From assembly GCA_963782945.1 (NCBI GenBank), contig CAWALO010000015.1, positions 71,239-135,238 of the forward strand: DNA of 64,000 nucleotides, in the 5' to 3' direction. The notes beneath the pieces are model-generated. The model did not search any database. It worked only from the letters and a program-made list of their open reading frames with translations, and was not told where the DNA came from. Below are positions 19,312 to 28,963 of the stretch, piece by piece (position 1 is the stretch's first letter; the number at the start of each line of letters is the position of its first letter). This DNA comes from an uncultured Bacteroidales bacterium. Lineage in GTDB: Bacteria; Bacteroidota; Bacteroidia; Bacteroidales; VadinHA17. The translations under genes and the position numbers were made by a program.

Positions 19312-22300
19312 CTAAACCTGCAGAAGGTCTCTCCCATACTTTCGCAGGATTGGCAATTTGAGCGATTCAAGAAAAGCAATAAACCTCTTGAGCACATTAA
19401 AATATAATGTAACAAAAAGCGACAGTACCATGACCCATATAATCATCGCATTAAACAGGAGAGTACTGATCTTCATATCTCCAATCTGTTTATAGGGAGC
19501 ATAGAAATGTGAACGCCCCGTTCTGGAACCAGGATGCATAAAGACCGGATCAGCTTTTTGGATGAACCTGTCGCCTGCATCATATATCTTGCTTGTTGCG
19601 AGATTATTCAATACAATGTCGGCCAGGTTTTCATTATAATCCTTCTCCTTCATTTTAATAAACTCAGCCTCTCCCATCCTCGATGAAATCTGCTGATATA
19701 ATGAATCATGGAGGTTAGTAAAATATCTGCTTTTTGCCCTGAATACTGTACTAAGGCTATCAAGAAATGACTTTGCTTCAACTGCTGTAAACTCGTTGAA
19801 ATCATCATAGGTCATCTTTGCAATCCACTCTCCTGGTTTAACCCCGGAAATGGATGAGAGCTCATTAATATGATATCTGACTTTATTCAGATTCCGGATA
19901 GTATTATTCCTGCGCTCAGTCTTTTTTCCGTCAGCCAGAGCCTCATTGATCTTGGATTTCAGTGTAGGGAGCAAGAATGAGGCATACCACTCGTTCTGGC
20001 TTATCTCCATATCATAATTAAAGAAAGGCTTTTCAAATTTATTGCTTCTGAACTGTTCCACACTTATAGCCTCATATGCCCATCTGGTAACCATAATATC
20101 TCCTACAACCGGTACATAGATCTTTCGGCTCATCGATCTGGGAAGTTCATCAAATTTAATCATGGTGCCTCCAAGTAACAGCTGAGGCACCAGTATAAGA
20201 GGAATCAGGATATAAATGCTCACAGCAGACCTCATACCTGCAGAAATATTAAGTCCCAGAAGGTTTCCGAAACATGCTGTTGAGAACAATATAATCCACT
20301 GCTGAAGAAGCATTCCCCTCACCTGAAGTATCAGGCTGGCAACCAAAATAAATGACAACGACTGAATGGCCGAGAGGGTAAACAGGAAATTAATTTTCGA
20401 TATAAGATAGCTAAACCTGCTAAGATTCAGGAATTTCTCCCGCTCCAGAATTTTCCTGTCCCTGAAAATCTCCTCCGCGCTTACGGTCAATCCAATGAAA
20501 AGAGCAACAATAACTGCCATGAATAGAAAAACAGGGTAGTTCTTGTTGGCAGCAAAAGTGTAAACACCATTCTCACTGAACTTCGAAATATATCCCAATA
20601 TGAAAGCCAGCAAGGGTGCTTCAAGAAGGTTAATAGTCATATACTGACGGTCAGCGAACTTCCTTGTAAGGTTGCGCCTGATGAAAGTCCGTATCTGATC
20701 TGATTTTGTGGGAACCTTGTAGTTACTTGGGGGGATGGCTGTTTTATATGGCTTTTCCCCAAGAACAGGCATCATCTTCTTTATATATTTTTCATTCCAC
20801 TCCTTTGGACTGATCTGCCTTTCCATCCCGGGGTAACCAGAATTGTCAATTACTTTGGTCTCAATGATGTGCAGGATGTCATCGGTTTCTACATTGCCGC
20901 AATTGGGGCATTCACTCTCTGCAGCATTTGCCTGCGATGTTTCCGTTTTGAAATAAACAAGTGCCTCCACAGGATCTCCGTCATAGATCATGTAGCCGCC
21001 TTTGTCAAGAATCCATAACCTGTCAAACATCTTTAAAATATCGGAAGATGGCTGATGAATTATTGTAAAGACAAGCTTCCCCATAAGTGACTGATTCCGG
21101 AGCAGGTTCATAACTTTTTCAGAATCAGAAGAGGATAATCCGGAGGTAGGTTCATCGACAAATAATACGACAGGTTCCCGCATTAACTCAAGCCCTATGT
21201 TCAGCCTTTTGCGCTGCCCCCCGCTTACCTTCTTGTTCATGAGATCTCCAACCTGCAGGTCTTTAATTTCGAAAAGCTCGAGAGCCTGGAGAACCTTTTC
21301 AACGGTCTGGATTAACTGCTCTTCATTATAATCCCCAAAACAAAGCCGCGCGTTAAAATATAAATTCTGATATACAGTGAGTTCCTCGATAAGCATATCA
21401 TCCTGCGGAACATAGCCTATCAGACCCTTTAGCTCCTCAGAATCTAATGTAATATCATAGCCATTTATATAGATATTCCCTGATGTTGGCCTGATCTTTC
21501 CGTGGAGCAGATTGATAAGTGTCGTTTTGCCTACACCGCTGCCCCCCATAATTCCAATAAGGTTTCCCGATTCAATACGGAAATTCATCTTCTGAAGCCC
21601 ATTATCTGAGTTTCTGAACAGGAATTCAACTCCGTGCCCTTCAAAAAATATTTTCTCGGGAAAGTTCCTGGATACAAATTTCTTAAAGATCTTGGAGTAA
21701 TATATCGGTTCAATACCCTGTCCCTTTATATTCACTCCGCGTTCCAGAAGATATGGCCGGCATGCAATTATATCCCTGCCTTTAAAATATAGAATGTGGG
21801 GCCCGTCATAGGTAAAAATAAGACTGCCAGTGCTTTCTATGTGCAAAACTACCAGATGTCCCCTGAATCCCTTTATCCTGATATGCCGCCATTCATCATA
21901 CTTCTTGTAAATGCGGGCGCCGGAGTGATCGGGGCTGTCGCTTTCAATTATAAGTATGCAATCAGGAGATACATTGTCATAGATCCTTCCTATCATAAAG
22001 GCAGAAGCATTGTCATATTCCTTCCTGGATATATTGAAAGTTCTCGCGACAATGTCAATTATAGTCTTCTCCTGAGATGAAATCATTCCATCTTCAAAAG
22101 CAAACTCAATGAGCTGAAGGAATACCAGCATTCTCTCCTCCAGGAATAGACCTTTTTTGATCTGCCTGCAGATATTTGTAATCTGAAATGAAATCAGGGA
22201 TTCGTCGTCCGACAATTCATCCTTATCGACGCTTTTGAGCTCATTGGAATAGAACTCGAGATTATTTTCAAAAAGTGTATAGTATTCTTCTTCAAGTTCC

Positions 22301-22425
22301 CTGTTAAGATATCTTCTGAGATAACTGCGCAGGATCTTTTTGCCTCTTGATGAAATTCCGCCAGGATTAACAGTGGAAACAATGGCGAAAATATGAATTA
22401 AAGCAAGAAGTACTGATTCCCTCAT
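19312..22425 (-). CDS. Large ABC-G-type ATPase/permease fusion with an N-terminal TerB-like and FHA-like region and a C-terminal extension
   Basis: 1,037 aa. Walker A GGSGVGKTT, signature VSGGQRKRL, Walker B LFVDEPTSGL, H-loop IIHQPS and a CPNCGN insert after the NBD. An ABC-2-type membrane domain follows, then about 250 aa ending in one TM segment. The assignment of the N-terminal 270 aa is inferred from sequence patterns only. Confidence 0.8.
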   Translation of the reverse strand: MRESVLLALIHIFAIVSTVNPGGISSRGKKILRSYLRRYLNRELEEEYYTLFENNLEFYSNELKSVDKDELSDDESLISFQITNICRQIKKGLFLEERMLVFLQLIEFAFEDGMISSQEKTIIDIVARTFNISRKEYDNASAFMIGRIYDNVSPDCILIIESDSPDHSGARIYKKYDEWRHIRIKGFRGHLVVLHIESTGSLIFTYDGPHILYFKGRDIIACRPYLLERGVNIKGQGIEPIYYSKIFKKFVSRNFPEKIFFEGHGVEFLFRNSDNGLQKMNFRIESGNLIGIMGGSGVGKTTLINLLHGKIRPTSGNIYINGYDITLDSEELKGLIGYVPQDDMLIEELTVYQNLYFNARLCFGDYNEEQLIQTVEKVLQALELFEIKDLQVGDLMNKKVSGGQRKRLNIGLELMREPVVLFVDEPTSGLSSSDSEKVMNLLRNQSLMGKLVFTIIHQPSSDILKMFDRLWILDKGGYMIYDGDPVEALVYFKTETSQANAAESECPNCGNVETDDILHIIETKVIDNSGYPGMERQISPKEWNEKYIKKMMPVLGEKPYKTAIPPSNYKVPTKSDQIRTFIRRNLTRKFADRQYMTINLLEAPLLAFILGYISKFSENGVYTFAANKNYPVFLFMAVIVALFIGLTVSAEEIFRDRKILEREKFLNLSRFSYLISKINFLFTLSAIQSLSFILVASLILQVRGMLLQQWIILFSTACFGNLLGLNISAGMRSAVSIYILIPLILVPQLLLGGTMIKFDELPRSMSRKIYVPVVGDIMVTRWAYEAISVEQFRSNKFEKPFFNYDMEISQNEWYASFLLPTLKSKINEALADGKKTERRNNTIRNLNKVRYHINELSSISGVKPGEWIAKMTYDDFNEFTAVEAKSFLDSLSTVFRAKSRYFTNLHDSLYQQISSRMGEAEFIKMKEKDYNENLADIVLNNLATSKIYDAGDRFIQKADPVFMHPGSRTGRSHFYAPYKQIGDMKISTLLFNAMIIWVMVLSLFVTLYFNVLKRFIAFLESLKLPILRKYGRDLLQV

Positions 22426-22438
22426 ATTGACATCTGGT

Positions 22439-22472
22439 AAAAAAAAGACCGCAAAGGCATATGCTTTGCGGC
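22439..22472 (-). terminator. Intrinsic terminator after the lipoprotein gene, 13 nt before the ABC gene start
   Basis: On the minus strand, an 8-bp stem CCGCAAAG/CTTTGCGG with a 7-nt loop is followed by T8 (plus-strand A8 at 22439-22446). Confidence 0.65.
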
Positions 22473-22490
22473 CAATTATTCATGAACTTA

Positions 22491-23312
22491 TTATTGAACA
22501 ATTAGTTCTCTGACGGTTGTTATAGCAACAGTTATATCTTTAATATTCTCATCGGTAAGACTTGTTCCGAGTCCTTCGTAAACTTTCTTGATAGGGTCAA
22601 GCTTTGCCACAAAATCACTTACGCTCGGATCGTTGCCATAAGGCTTTGTAATTTCCAGGAAGAGCTCAAACGACTTTTTCTGCTCGAGCAGAACCTTTGA
22701 AATACCGGCAACCTGGTAAGCAGCCTCTGATACGTGCGTGGTAAGATACATTCCCTCAACCCAGGCACCGCCAACAACCAGCAAGGCCAAAGGCTGCTGA
22801 TCGTTATCAGAAAGATAGACGTAAGTGTCATTGAACGCGTTTGTCAGTATTCTTACAAGCTCATCCCTGTTGTCATAATTCTTTTTAATGCTGTCATAAA
22901 GCGCAGCATTGTAGATCTTTGACATATTCAGCTCATTTGAAAGAGATCTGATTGCATCAAGATAATTAATAACCATCTGCTGCATATTGTAAAGAGTGGC
23001 ATAACTAAGATCAGCTCCGTATACCCCCATATTAATTGCTCTTTTCGTGCTGCTGAAATATTTTTTGGTGTTTTCAACAGGGTTTGATATTCCTATTATA
23101 TATCCTACCTCAAGGTCGGTAAGCATTTTGATCACCTCTGCGGATGTCGGCAAGGGATAAACATTTTCTTCAATCTGATTTTCAAGTGTCTGAACTTGAT
23201 CCTTCTCCACTTTTTCCTGCTGTTTCTCAGCTGCCCTGTTTTTGCAAGAAGTCAGAAAAATGAAGCTTATCATCATGATTGGCAGAAATATACCTGCTAA
23301 AATCTTTTTCAT
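22491..23312 (-). CDS. Hypothetical lipoprotein
   Basis: Lipoprotein signal MKKILAGIFLPIMMISFIFLTSC. The rest is helical-looking and I do not recognise a family. Confidence 0.6.
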   Translation of the reverse strand: MKKILAGIFLPIMMISFIFLTSCKNRAAEKQQEKVEKDQVQTLENQIEENVYPLPTSAEVIKMLTDLEVGYIIGISNPVENTKKYFSSTKRAINMGVYGADLSYATLYNMQQMVINYLDAIRSLSNELNMSKIYNAALYDSIKKNYDNRDELVRILTNAFNDTYVYLSDNDQQPLALLVVGGAWVEGMYLTTHVSEAAYQVAGISKVLLEQKKSFELFLEITKPYGNDPSVSDFVAKLDPIKKVYEGLGTSLTDENIKDITVAITTVRELIVQ

Positions 23313-23457
23313 ACTAACTCTTTTTTTAAATTATAATTATCATTTAAAACCGGATATAAAAGTAATAAATTATATTGAAACTAATCCGCTCTGATTGTTT
23401 TGAGTGACTAAAATATTTTTATGTACCTTTAGGCCCCTGAATTTATATCATTTTCTG

Positions 23458-24633
23458 ATGATGTGGAATTTCGATGAGCCTGCGTTAAGAGAAGGAACAA
23501 ACTGTATCAAATATGACCGCAGGGAGGAGATTTTCGGTAGAAAAGATATCATCCCGATGTGGGTTGCAGATATGGATTTTAATACTCCCGGTTTTGTAAC
23601 ATCCGCAATCAGGGACCAGCTTAAAAATGAGATTTTCGGATATTCCTTCCGCCCTCCTGAATACTACTCTTCTATAATCGACTGGCATGAATGCCGCCAT
23701 AACTGGCGCATACAAAGGGAGTGGATAACTTTTACACCAGGTATTGTTCCAGCACTTAACTTTTGCACACTGGCTTTTACCATGCCCGGAGACAAAATCC
23801 TGGTGCAGCCGCCTGTATATTTTCCTTTCTTTTCGGCAGTAGAATCTCATTGCCGTACACTGGTATATAACCAGCTTAAGGAGAAAGATGGCAGATGGGA
23901 AATGGATTTTGGATCGCTGGTTGAGTCAATTGACTCTAAAACAAGAATGATAATCATTTCAAATCCGCATAACCCCGTTGGACGCGTATGGACAGATGCA
24001 GAGCTGTCCCAACTTGCAGATATCTGTATTAAGAACGATATACTTATCCTTTCAGATGAGATCCATTGCGATCTTGCTCTACCCGGTTTCAATCATATAC
24101 CTCTTGCTTCACTTTCAGAGGAAATCGCAGAAAACACCATCACCTGTATAGCGCCAAGCAAGACATTTAACCTTGCTGGATTATCAACATCAAATGTTAT
24201 AATTTCAAATCCTCTCCTGAGAAAATCGTTTAACAGGATTGTAGATAACCTGCATGTCGGAAACGGAAATATATTTGGCACGGCAGCCTCCGTTGCCGCA
24301 TATACTTATGGAAATGAATGGCTTGATGCACTACTTGTCTATATTGACAAAAATGTTGATTTCGTTAAAGATTATTGCACGAAAATGATTCCGGAAATTA
24401 TTCCCGTCCAGCCCGAGGCGACTTACATGATCTGGCTTGATTGCAGGAAGCTTGGCATGACCGGAAAAGAACTTCAGCAATTTTTCGTAAACAAGGCATA
24501 TATAGGAATGAATGAAGGATCAACATTCGGTCCGGGCGGAGAAGGATTCATGAGGATGAACGTGGGCACAACGCACCAGACTGTCATTAAAGCTATGGAG
24601 CAGATTGAAAAAGCCGTCTCCTCGTTGAGGTAA
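23458..24633 (+). CDS. PLP-dependent aminotransferase class I/II, MalY/PatB-type cystathionine beta-lyase
   Basis: Contains WNFDEP..REGTNCIKYD and WVADMDF, a typical PatB/MalY N-terminus. The start is moved to the ATG at 23458; the track uses a GTG at 23404. Confidence 0.8.
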   Translation: MMWNFDEPALREGTNCIKYDRREEIFGRKDIIPMWVADMDFNTPGFVTSAIRDQLKNEIFGYSFRPPEYYSSIIDWHECRHNWRIQREWITFTPGIVPALNFCTLAFTMPGDKILVQPPVYFPFFSAVESHCRTLVYNQLKEKDGRWEMDFGSLVESIDSKTRMIIISNPHNPVGRVWTDAELSQLADICIKNDILILSDEIHCDLALPGFNHIPLASLSEEIAENTITCIAPSKTFNLAGLSTSNVIISNPLLRKSFNRIVDNLHVGNGNIFGTAASVAAYTYGNEWLDALLVYIDKNVDFVKDYCTKMIPEIIPVQPEATYMIWLDCRKLGMTGKELQQFFVNKAYIGMNEGSTFGPGGEGFMRMNVGTTHQTVIKAMEQIEKAVSSLR

Positions 24634-24653
24634 AACTTTATAATTATAATAGT

Positions 24654-25736
24654 ATGGAAAACAGTGTACAGGTAAGGTTAACTCTTGAAGATGGAACCAT
24701 CTACCATGGCCGGTCATTCGGGTCTCCAGTCGCTGCGGCAGGAGAGGTGGTATTTAATACCGCAATGACTGGATATCCCGAGAGCTTGACTGATCCCTCA
24801 TACAGGGGACAGATCCTTTGTCTCACATATCCTCTGGTAGGAAATTACGGAGCCCCCGTTAAAAGCGAGGAGAATGACCTTTATCGTTTTTACGAATCCG
24901 GTTCAATTCATATTTCAGGACTCATTGTCTCAGACTATTCGTTTGACTACAGCCACTGGAACGCTGCGGAAAGCCTCGATGAATGGCTGAAGAGGAATAA
25001 CGTTCCCGGAATATATGGCATTGATACCCGCGCTCTTACAAAGAGAATCCGTGAAAAGGGAGCAATGCTGGGGAAAGTTGAACCCGAGGGAACAAATACT
25101 GAATTTTACGATCCCAACAAAGTAAATCTGGTGGCCGAGGTAAGCACACATGAGAAAAAAGTTTATGGCTCAGGAAAGTATAAAATATTGCTTGTTGATT
25201 GCGGAGTAAAATATAACATTATAAGGCACTTTCTTAAAAGAGATACGACAATCATAAGAGTCCCGTGGAACTATGATTTTAATGCAGAGGAATGCGATGG
25301 ATTATTCCTATCAAACGGCCCCGGAGATCCTAAAATGTGTGATGTTACAATTGCCAACCTTAAGAGAGCCTTTAACGGTAATAAACCGGTATTTGGAATT
25401 TGCCTTGGCAACCAGCTAATGGCTCTCGCTTCAGGAGCAGATACATATAAACTTAAGTACGGACACAGGAGTCATAACCAACCCGTCCTTCAGGTAGGTA
25501 CTGATAAGGCATATATTACATCACAGAACCATGGATTCGCAGTTGATAACCGAACCCTGGGAAGTGACTGGGAGCCGCTGTTCATTAATATTAATGACCA
25601 GACAAATGAGGGGATGAGACATAAAACAATGCCCTTCTTCTCAACACAGTTCCACCCTGAAGCCTCTGGCGGACCAACCGATACGGATTATCTGTTCGAT
25701 ATATTCCTTGACAACATAGAACAATCCATGAAGTAA
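24654..25736 (+). CDS. carA: Carbamoyl-phosphate synthase small (glutaminase) subunit
   Basis: The triad region GICLGNQL and FHPE, plus FNTAMTGYPE. Confidence 0.95.
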   Translation: MENSVQVRLTLEDGTIYHGRSFGSPVAAAGEVVFNTAMTGYPESLTDPSYRGQILCLTYPLVGNYGAPVKSEENDLYRFYESGSIHISGLIVSDYSFDYSHWNAAESLDEWLKRNNVPGIYGIDTRALTKRIREKGAMLGKVEPEGTNTEFYDPNKVNLVAEVSTHEKKVYGSGKYKILLVDCGVKYNIIRHFLKRDTTIIRVPWNYDFNAEECDGLFLSNGPGDPKMCDVTIANLKRAFNGNKPVFGICLGNQLMALASGADTYKLKYGHRSHNQPVLQVGTDKAYITSQNHGFAVDNRTLGSDWEPLFININDQTNEGMRHKTMPFFSTQFHPEASGGPTDTDYLFDIFLDNIEQSMK

Positions 25737-25756
25737 AGACGCATGGCCATGCGTCT

Positions 25757-27100
25757 TTACATGGTAACATGCTTCATCAGCTTGTCTGCCAGCTCGTCAG
25801 CCGGGGTGCTGTTGAAGCTTCCCATCCTGATTTCGAAAAGGTCTGAGATTTCTTTGGTGCAGAGATTGCCGATACTCCCTTCATGAACATAATCTGATAA
25901 ATTGGTTTTTGAGAAAGTTGAATTTTTCACCATTTGTGAAACTGCTTTATACGCATCCCTGAATGGAATGCCCTGCTTAACAAGCCTGTTTACTTCCTCA
26001 GTACTGAATATACTATTGTAGAGAGGATTCTCTGTAATATTCTTCCTGACTTTTATATTATTGAGCATCAACAACATAATTTCGACACATTCTCTGACCT
26101 CCTCGAATCCTCCAAAAATCAGCTGTTTCAACAGTTGAAGATCCCTGTTATAGCCCGACTGCAGATTACTGTTGAGTATTGCTATCTGACCGGGAAGGGA
26201 TTGAATCACATTAGATCTTCCCCTGATGAGTTCAAACACGTCCGGGTTTCTCTTTTGCGGCATTATGCTTGAACCGGTTACATACTCATCAGGAAAATCA
26301 ACAAACCTGTATTCCGAGCTCATATAGAGGCATATATCCATTGAAAACCTTGAAAGAGTCTGTGCAACTGATGCCAGGGCAGATGCGATTGACATCTCTA
26401 TTTTACCCCTGCTCAGACTGGCGTATGCCGAATTGTATAAAAGATTGTCAAATTCAAGCAGTTCTGAAGTAAGCTGCCTGTTAACCGGGAGTGTAGTGCC
26501 ATAACCTGCAGCAGTGCCGAGTGGATTCTGGTTGTTCAGGGCTCTTGCCCCGGCCAGCAGAAGTACATCATCCGCAAGGCACTCCGCATATGCCCCAAAC
26601 CATAATCCGAATGATGAAACCATAGCCGGCTGCATGTGAGTATACCCTGGAAGCAATACCTCTTTATGCTTCTCACTAAGTTCCTGGAGCCTTGCGAAAA
26701 GCTTCCGGATCAGAACAGAAAGCCGGTCGATCTCTTCCCTTGTATATAAACGTATATCTACCAGCACCTGGTCATTCCTTGAACGGCCGGTATGTATTTT
26801 CTTGCCTGTCGGACCAAGGATGGAAGACATCTCCTTTTCAATCTGAGAATGGATATCCTCCATATCCTTCTCTATCACCAGATGTCCCTGATTATCAGTA
26901 ATGAAAAGAGAATGAAGGGCTTTCAGCATATCATTTTTCTCCGCTTCAGTAAGCAAACCCACATCCTGTAACATTATTACATGAGCCATAGAGCCTATAA
27001 TATCCCACTTGGTAAGAGCGAGGTCGGTCTTCCTGTCTTTGCCAGCAGTGAATTCAATTATTGCAGGTTCGGGATTAATCCCTTTTTCCCAGAGTTTCAT
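25757..27100 (-). CDS. argH: Argininosuccinate lyase
   Basis: 447 aa with the fumarate-lyase signature GSSIMPQKRNPD. Located downstream of argG. Confidence 0.95.
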   Translation of the reverse strand: MKLWEKGINPEPAIIEFTAGKDRKTDLALTKWDIIGSMAHVIMLQDVGLLTEAEKNDMLKALHSLFITDNQGHLVIEKDMEDIHSQIEKEMSSILGPTGKKIHTGRSRNDQVLVDIRLYTREEIDRLSVLIRKLFARLQELSEKHKEVLLPGYTHMQPAMVSSFGLWFGAYAECLADDVLLLAGARALNNQNPLGTAAGYGTTLPVNRQLTSELLEFDNLLYNSAYASLSRGKIEMSIASALASVAQTLSRFSMDICLYMSSEYRFVDFPDEYVTGSSIMPQKRNPDVFELIRGRSNVIQSLPGQIAILNSNLQSGYNRDLQLLKQLIFGGFEEVRECVEIMLLMLNNIKVRKNITENPLYNSIFSTEEVNRLVKQGIPFRDAYKAVSQMVKNSTFSKTNLSDYVHEGSIGNLCTKEISDLFEIRMGSFNSTPADELADKLMKHVTM

Positions 27101-27131
27101 ACATTTCAGATAAGTTTAAATCAGACATTCA

Positions 27132-28364
27132 CTACTTCTTCTGGCTAGCCTCAACAATTGCCCTGTGAGCCATGAGCCTTATTGCATTAATTCTTATGAA
27201 GCCCTTGCTGTCGGTCTGGTCAAATCCGCCCTCAATATCCATACTTGATAACTTCTTATCATATAAAGAGGAAGGAGACTCACGGCCCTCAATAATTACA
27301 TTGCCCTTGTACAGACAGAGGTGTACACTTCCGTCAATAAGTTCCTGACTTTTTTCAATCGCTGCCATGAGGAAATCCATTTCCGGACTGAACCAGAAAC
27401 CATTATATATTATCTCTGCAAATTTTGGAGTGAGCATGTTCACAAGCCTCATCACCTCCCTGTCCATTGCTATCCCCTCTATATCCTTGTGAGCGATATG
27501 AAGCACTGTTGCAGCAGGTGTTTCATATACACCCCTCGACTTGATCCCCACAAACCTGTTTTCAACCATATCGAGAAGCCCTATCCCATTCTTACCTGCA
27601 ATACCATTCAGATAAACATACATATCATAAGAGTCTTCCTTAACGGTCCCGTCCTCCTTGTTTACGAGCTTTACAGGTTTCCCGTTCCTGAAATGAATGA
27701 CTATGCGAGTCTCCTTGTCAGGAGCATCCTGTGGCATCACCATTTTTTCAAGCATGCTCTTATGCAACGTATACATCGGATCTTCAAGAACACCTGCCTC
27801 ATGACTGATATGCATCAGATTATCGTCCTCGCTGTAAGGCTTGGCGATACTGGCCTTTACCGGGATCTTTTTCTCGGCAGCATATTTCAGCAGATCGGTC
27901 CTTCCTTTGAACTGTCCAAGGAATTCTTTATCCTTCCATGGGGAAATAACTTTTACCCCCGGCATCAAAGCATAATAACAGAGTTCGAAACGAACCTGGT
28001 CATTCCCTTTTCCCGTTGCTCCGTGTGCTACTGCAGTTGCTCCCTCCTGCTTTGCAACTTCAATCTGTTTTTTTGCTATCAATGGCCTGGCAAGGGCAGT
28101 CCCAAGAAGATACCTGTCTTCATAAATGGCATTCGCCATTATTGCCTTCAGAACATATTCGTCAATGAATTCCCTTTTCAGGTCGGCAATTATAACTTTA
28201 GATGCGCCAAGAAGCAACGCCTTCTTCCGGCATTCTTCAAAATCCTCTGCCTGACCGACGTCTGCAACAAACGCTATCACTTCATAATTCTTCTCTATTA
28301 ACCATTTTAGAATAACCGAGGTATCCAACCCGCCACTGTATGCGAGAACAACTTTTTCTTTCAT
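27132..28364 (-). CDS. argG: Argininosuccinate synthase
   Basis: Contains AYSGGLDTS and [13 protein letters not shown]. Confidence 0.95.
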   Translation of the reverse strand: MKEKVVLAYSGGLDTSVILKWLIEKNYEVIAFVADVGQAEDFEECRKKALLLGASKVIIADLKREFIDEYVLKAIMANAIYEDRYLLGTALARPLIAKKQIEVAKQEGATAVAHGATGKGNDQVRFELCYYALMPGVKVISPWKDKEFLGQFKGRTDLLKYAAEKKIPVKASIAKPYSEDDNLMHISHEAGVLEDPMYTLHKSMLEKMVMPQDAPDKETRIVIHFRNGKPVKLVNKEDGTVKEDSYDMYVYLNGIAGKNGIGLLDMVENRFVGIKSRGVYETPAATVLHIAHKDIEGIAMDREVMRLVNMLTPKFAEIIYNGFWFSPEMDFLMAAIEKSQELIDGSVHLCLYKGNVIIEGRESPSSLYDKKLSSMDIEGGFDQTDSKGFIRINAIRLMAHRAIVEASQKK

Positions 28365-28390
28365 TATTTTAATTTTAATATTTGAGTTTA

Positions 28391-28870
28391 CTACTTCTTT
28401 TTTATCTGTTTATGTATTCCCGGGAGAATAATTTCAAGACAGGTATGCACCTGCTGCAAATTTATACCATCCCGGGGAATCACAAGTATTGTATCATCTC
28501 CGGCTATTGTACCGGCAATCTCATACCTGCGGGCGCCATCAATAACAAAAGCGGTATTGCTTGCGTTTCCCGGAATTGTCCTGATAACCATAAGCCCCTT
28601 TGCTTCAACAATATCCTGAATTACAGGTACGATATTCAATTTCACAGGAGAACCCGGTGAATTTATGATGTTTTCCGACAATGAATATTTGTAATTGCCG
28701 ATCCCGTCGGGGATCCTGCTCACTCCCAGCTGTCTCAGATTGCGGGACAGCGTAGCCTGAGTACAGCTTATCCCTTTCCCTTTCAATATTTTCAGCAACT
28801 CCTCCTGAGTAGATATATTAACCTCAGTTAATATATTTTCAATAGCAAGAAGTCTTTTTGCCTTTTGCAT
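28391..28870 (-). CDS. argR: Arginine repressor
   Basis: 159 aa with an N-terminal winged-helix region ([28 protein letters not shown]) and a C-terminal oligomerisation motif [11 protein letters not shown]. Confidence 0.9.
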   Translation of the reverse strand: MQKAKRLLAIENILTEVNISTQEELLKILKGKGISCTQATLSRNLRQLGVSRIPDGIGNYKYSLSENIINSPGSPVKLNIVPVIQDIVEAKGLMVIRTIPGNASNTAFVIDGARRYEIAGTIAGDDTILVIPRDGINLQQVHTCLEIILPGIHKQIKKK

Positions 28871-28902
28871 ATTTATTCATTTACGGTGCAAATATATTCA
28901 TT
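28864..28902. promoter_or_regulatory. Two tandem ARG-box-like operators (18 bp each, start-to-start spacing 21 bp)
   Basis: Box 1 (28864-28881), ttTGCATatttATTCAtt, has 1 mismatch to wNTGAATwwwwATTCANw. Box 2 (28885-28902), ggTGCAAatatATTCAtt, has 3 mismatches. Box 1 covers the argR start codon and box 2 covers the argR -7 box. Confidence 0.6.
28889..28896 (-). promoter_or_regulatory. argR -7 promoter box TATATTTG (TAnnTTTG)
   Basis: The minus strand reads TATATTTG 19 nt upstream of the argR ATG, with a TTTG about 18 nt further upstream. Confidence 0.4.
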
Positions 28903-28938
28903 TTTTTACAAATACAAATCCTAATTGAAAAATTGTAC

Positions 28939-28946
28939 TATTTTTG
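28939..28946 (+). promoter_or_regulatory. carB -7 promoter box TATTTTTG (TAnnTTTG)
   Basis: Exact TAnnTTTG match 18 nt upstream of the carB ATG at 28964. Confidence 0.4.
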
Positions 28947-28963
28947 CACCTCAAACAGTTACG

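Noticed and set aside
23313-23457. SAM or other riboswitch upstream of the PatB/MalY-type gene
   Set aside because: The 145-nt region is AT-rich with no conserved riboswitch core sequences or stable helices that I could identify by eye.
27321-28301. 326-aa ORF on the + strand
   Set aside because: It is entirely antisense to argG, whose protein has unmistakable argininosuccinate synthase motifs. The antisense product is Cys/His/Phe-rich with no recognisable motifs. Long shadow ORFs are expected opposite AT-rich genes.
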